Below are positions 48,704 to 51,780 of a DNA stretch of 51,780 nt, piece by piece. The notes below the pieces were generated by a model. It did not search any database, was not told where the DNA came from, and was given only the letters and a program-made list of their open reading frames with translations. The stretch lies in sequence record DRR723986_8715; one strand, given 5' to 3'. The translations under genes were made by a program, and so were the position numbers. Position 1 is the first letter of the stretch. The number at the start of each line of letters is the position of its first letter.

Positions 48704-48704
48704 T

Positions 48705-48863
48705 ATGAAAGAATATAAAGTTATACAACCCAAATTAGGTTTTAGAAATAGATTTCAAAATTTCGAAGACCTTTTAAATCAATATGCACGAGAGGGCTGG
48801 TCAGTAAAATTTATTGGCCAAGGTTGGAGTAGTTTAGTACTAGAACGTGATAAGAATAGATAA
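48705..48863 (+). CDS. DUF4177-like small protein (52 aa)
   Basis: MKEYKVIQPKLGFRNRFQNFEDLLNQYAREGWSVKFIGQGWSSLVLERDKNR; its stop overlaps the next ATG (TAATG); absent from the ORF track. Confidence 0.8.
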   Translation: MKEYKVIQPKLGFRNRFQNFEDLLNQYAREGWSVKFIGQGWSSLVLERDKNR

Positions 48864-49387
48864 TGAGAGTTTTTAAAGAAGAACAACGCTTTACACAAAC
48901 ATGGTTAATTGCCCTGGTAATTGTAAGTTTATTGGTCCCACTTGGTATCATATTAGGAACTTACATTAACAATCCAGATAATTACACAACCTTAGAGTTA
49001 ATGGCTATAATTGGCATTATTCTTCTTGCATCTGGTATTATATTTATTTTCAAACTTAGTACAAGAATTGACCAAGTTGGTATCCATTATAAATTTTTCC
49101 CATTTCATTTAAAGTTTAAAATTATTAATTGGCATGAAATAAAAAGTGCGCACGTTAGAAACTATGATGCTATCAGTGAATATGGTGGGTGGGGAATAAA
49201 AGGAGGCTCGCTTTGGAACAAATCTAAAGGAACAGCAATTAATGTTTCTGGTGATATTGGTATACAGTTAGAACTAGAAAATGGCAAAAAACTTTTAATC
49301 GGTACACAAAAAAAAGATGAAGCTGAGCAAGTTCTGAAAACATATTCACAACAAGGAGCACTTATAAAACAAAAATCTAATGTCTAA
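48863..49387 (+). CDS. Membrane protein with probable bacterial PH-like domain
   Basis: FKEEQRFTQ, 2 TM helices, EYGGWGIK and GKKLLIGTQK. Confidence 0.7.
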   Translation: MRVFKEEQRFTQTWLIALVIVSLLVPLGIILGTYINNPDNYTTLELMAIIGIILLASGIIFIFKLSTRIDQVGIHYKFFPFHLKFKIINWHEIKSAHVRNYDAISEYGGWGIKGGSLWNKSKGTAINVSGDIGIQLELENGKKLLIGTQKKDEAEQVLKTYSQQGALIKQKSNV

Positions 49388-49559
49388 GAAAAAAGCATTT
49401 GCACTAAGAATTAATGAAGACATGTTAAAAGCTATTGAAAAATGGGCTGCAGATGAATTTCGCAGCACCAATGGACAAATAGAATGGATGCTTATGCAAT
49501 ACCTTAAAGAAAAGAATAGACAACCAAAAAAGAAAGATAAATCTAATGAAGAAAAGTGA
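49380..49559 (+). CDS. Arc family ribbon-helix-helix DNA-binding protein (59 aa)
   Basis: MSKKKAFALRINEDMLKAIEKWAADEFRSTNGQIEWML...; absent from the ORF track; followed by a hairpin and T tract. Confidence 0.88.
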   Translation: MSKKKAFALRINEDMLKAIEKWAADEFRSTNGQIEWMLMQYLKEKNRQPKKKDKSNEEK

Positions 49560-49624
49560 TCAGAAATGGTCGCTTTTTTTAGTGCTTAATTTTTGTATTT
49601 TGCGCTTGCAAAACTAAATCAACT

Positions 49625-50935
49625 ATGGACACTTCACCAATATTTACTGATGATACTATTGTATTTGGACTTTTAATGCTCGCATTAGGGTTTGTATTTA
49701 TTACAGAATCAATTAAAACTGGATTCTGGAATAAGTTTTATAAAATAGTTCCTGGATTATTTATGGCATATATGCTTCCCGCAGTACTAACTACAACAGG
49801 TTTAATCGCTCCAGAATGGACGACCATTTCAGAAACTGGTGAAAAAATTGAACATAGTACAAGTCTCTATTATGTAACGAGTCGTTATTTATTACCTGCA
49901 GCTTTAGTTTTAATGACTTTAAGCATAGATTTAAAAGCCGTTTTTAACTTAGGATGGAAAGCCCTTGTGATGTTCTTTACAGGTACTATAGGCATAATTA
50001 TAGGAGGTCCGATAGCAATTTTATTAATTGCTACCGTGTCACCAGAAACTGTTGGTGGTGTTGGACCTGATGCAGTATGGAGAGGACTATCTACTTTAGC
50101 TGGTAGTTGGATTGGTGGTGGAGCAAACCAAACGGCAATGCTAGAAATTTATGGGTATAACCAAGCTAAATATGGCGGAATGGTCTTTGTTGATATCGTT
50201 GTTGCCAATATATGGATGGCAATTATATTAATAGGTATTGGTAAAAGAAACGGTATTAACAAATGGTTAAAAGCAGATACTGGAGCCATTGAAACACTTA
50301 AAGAAAAAGTGTCTTTATTTTCTGAAAAAGTAAAGCGAAATCCATCATTAACAGATCTTATGATAATTTGCACTATAGCTTTTGGTACTGTTAGTTTTGC
50401 TCATTTTGGTGCAGGTTATTTAGCACCTCTTTTTGACAATTTAGTATCTGGTATTGAGTCTCCAACTACAAGAAATATATTTACATTTTTAGGTTCTAAA
50501 TTCTTTTGGATGATAAGTATAGCAACAATCATCGCCATATTATTATCAAATACAAAAGCAAGAAATTATGAAGGCGCTGGTGCCAGTAAATTTGGTAGTG
50601 TTTTTATATACATTTTAGTAGCCACAATTGGTATGAAAATGGACCTAACCTTAATTTTTGAGAATATGGGCCTTATTGCTATTGGTGTTGTTTGGATGAC
50701 CATTCATGCTCTATTATTAATTGTCGTAGCAAAACTAATTAAAGCACCTTATTTCTTCTTGGCAGTAGGTAGTCAGGCTAATGTTGGCGGTGCAGCATCT
50801 GCACCAATTGTTGCTTCTGCATTTCATCCTTCATTGGCAACAGTTGGCGTGCTCTTAGCTGTATTTGGATATGCGGTAGGTACTATTGCCGCAATAGCAT
50901 GTACTATTTTAATGGAATTAGCTGCTGTTAGTTAG
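49625..50935 (+). CDS. DUF819 family membrane protein
   Basis: LAGSWIGGGANQ and VGSQANVGGAASAP; multi-TM. Confidence 0.88.
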   Translation: MDTSPIFTDDTIVFGLLMLALGFVFITESIKTGFWNKFYKIVPGLFMAYMLPAVLTTTGLIAPEWTTISETGEKIEHSTSLYYVTSRYLLPAALVLMTLSIDLKAVFNLGWKALVMFFTGTIGIIIGGPIAILLIATVSPETVGGVGPDAVWRGLSTLAGSWIGGGANQTAMLEIYGYNQAKYGGMVFVDIVVANIWMAIILIGIGKRNGINKWLKADTGAIETLKEKVSLFSEKVKRNPSLTDLMIICTIAFGTVSFAHFGAGYLAPLFDNLVSGIESPTTRNIFTFLGSKFFWMISIATIIAILLSNTKARNYEGAGASKFGSVFIYILVATIGMKMDLTLIFENMGLIAIGVVWMTIHALLLIVVAKLIKAPYFFLAVGSQANVGGAASAPIVASAFHPSLATVGVLLAVFGYAVGTIAAIACTILMELAAVS

Positions 50936-50987
50936 CTATTTTAAAACTAATATAAGATATTTGCATTCTTTATAATTTCAGTCAAAT

Positions 50988-51701
50988 ATGTCAAAAATCA
51001 ATACATTTTTCAGCGTCATAATTCTACTAATAGTTTTAGTGTCTTGTGGTAAGGAGAAAGAAGCTAACTTTACCTTAAAAGGTCAAATTAAAGGATTAAA
51101 AAAAGGTGTCGTTTATCTTCAAAAAGATGGCGATTCTACCGTGATTAATTTAGACTCAATGACCATTACTGGCCAATCAGAATTTATGTTAAAAACAAAT
51201 ATAGACGAACCAATTCTCCTATACTTAAAGCTGTTTAAAAACGATGGTGAAGAACACTTTATCCCTTTTTTTGCTGATAAAGGCATCACAGAAATTAAAA
51301 CTACTTTAAAGAACTTTAATTTTGATTCTGAAATTAGTGGATCTGAACAACAAAAACTACTCGACCAATTTGTAGATATAATGTCTCAATATAATAATCA
51401 AAATTTGGATTTAATGCAGGCGAGTTTTCTTGCGCAAAGAGACAAAGATAGTTTGGCCGTAGACTCTTTAATTAAAAGGTCTGAAAGTTTATTAAAACGT
51501 AAGTACGCATATACTATCAATTTTGCTTTAAATAATAATAATAGTGAAGTAGCACCTTATTTAGCGCTCTATGAAATACCAAGTGCAAATCCTATTTACA
51601 TAGACTCTGTATATAAAGGATTAACTGAAAACATAAAGCAATCTTACTATGGTAAAAAACTTGGAGAAGTAATTGCTAATAGAGAATCTGAATCGCAATA
51701 A
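50988..51701 (+). CDS. DUF4369 domain lipoprotein
   Basis: Lipobox LVSC, FTLKGQIKGLKKGVVYLQ and SEVAPYLAL...SYYGKKL. Confidence 0.75.
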   Translation: MSKINTFFSVIILLIVLVSCGKEKEANFTLKGQIKGLKKGVVYLQKDGDSTVINLDSMTITGQSEFMLKTNIDEPILLYLKLFKNDGEEHFIPFFADKGITEIKTTLKNFNFDSEISGSEQQKLLDQFVDIMSQYNNQNLDLMQASFLAQRDKDSLAVDSLIKRSESLLKRKYAYTINFALNNNNSEVAPYLALYEIPSANPIYIDSVYKGLTENIKQSYYGKKLGEVIANRESESQ

Positions 51702-51719
51702 AACACGTCCATATAAACT

Positions 51720-51750
51720 AAAAACCAATCTTAATTAGATTGGTTTTTTT
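51720..51750. terminator. Bidirectional terminator between the DUF4369 gene and the tRNA
   Basis: AAAAACCAATCT-TAATT-AGATTGGTTTTT. Confidence 0.8.
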
Positions 51751-51752
51751 AG

Positions 51753-51780
51753 AGCCGATAGAGGGACTCGAACCCACGAC
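51753..51780 (-). tRNA. 3' part of a tRNA gene, probably tRNA-Thr; anticodon lies outside the window
   Basis: The - strand reads GTCGTGGGTTCGAGTCCCTCTATCGGCT: T-loop TTCGAGT, acceptor 3' strand TATCGGC, discriminator U, no encoded CCA. Confidence 0.8.

Noticed and set aside
264-50373. Many 60-97 aa ORFs overlapping larger genes (e.g. 264-533, 9119-9412, 18798-19046, 26882-27082, 35472-35750, 50149-50373)
   Set aside because: Antisense or alternate-frame shadows of well-supported genes, with no motifs of their own.
1-51780. CRISPR array, transposase, integrase, prophage or recognisable defence system
   Set aside because: No regularly spaced repeats or matching protein motifs were seen, and no att-like duplication of the tRNA 3' end was noticed by eye.

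Overview
AT-rich chromosomal window from a Bacteroidota genome, most likely a marine Flavobacteriaceae member (Winogradskyella-like). The evidence is TAnnTTTG promoters, A-rich leaders without Shine-Dalgarno sites, a T9SS C-terminal domain and the rpmB-rpmG-DUF4295-ftsY order. Most of it is housekeeping or typical flavobacterial content: rimO, ftsY, rpmG, rpmB, cinA, recR, fabH, htpG, rlmF, a DEAD-box helicase, an SPFH-Arc operon, a VCBS-repeat lipoprotein paired with a vanadium haloperoxidase, and a partial tRNA. No transposase, prophage or CRISPR array was seen. Two things stand out. (1) Three roughly 100-115 nt non-coding units (about 33566-33665 +, 33727-33839 +, 47391-47499 -). Each has an alternative-sigma promoter motif (ECF-type, or a full sigma-54 consensus), a hairpin, a shared UGGUUA(G/A)U-type single-stranded motif and an intrinsic terminator. 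The shared motif is complementary to the AAYCAA/AACTAA-rich leaders of genes in the window, which suggests a candidate sRNA family. (2) Signs of gene decay: four pseudogenes (TfoX-like, TonB-C lipoprotein, outer-membrane barrel, ECF sigma factor) and promoter/terminator scars, several sharing one ECF promoter motif. All family assignments come from motif recognition by eye, not from database searches.
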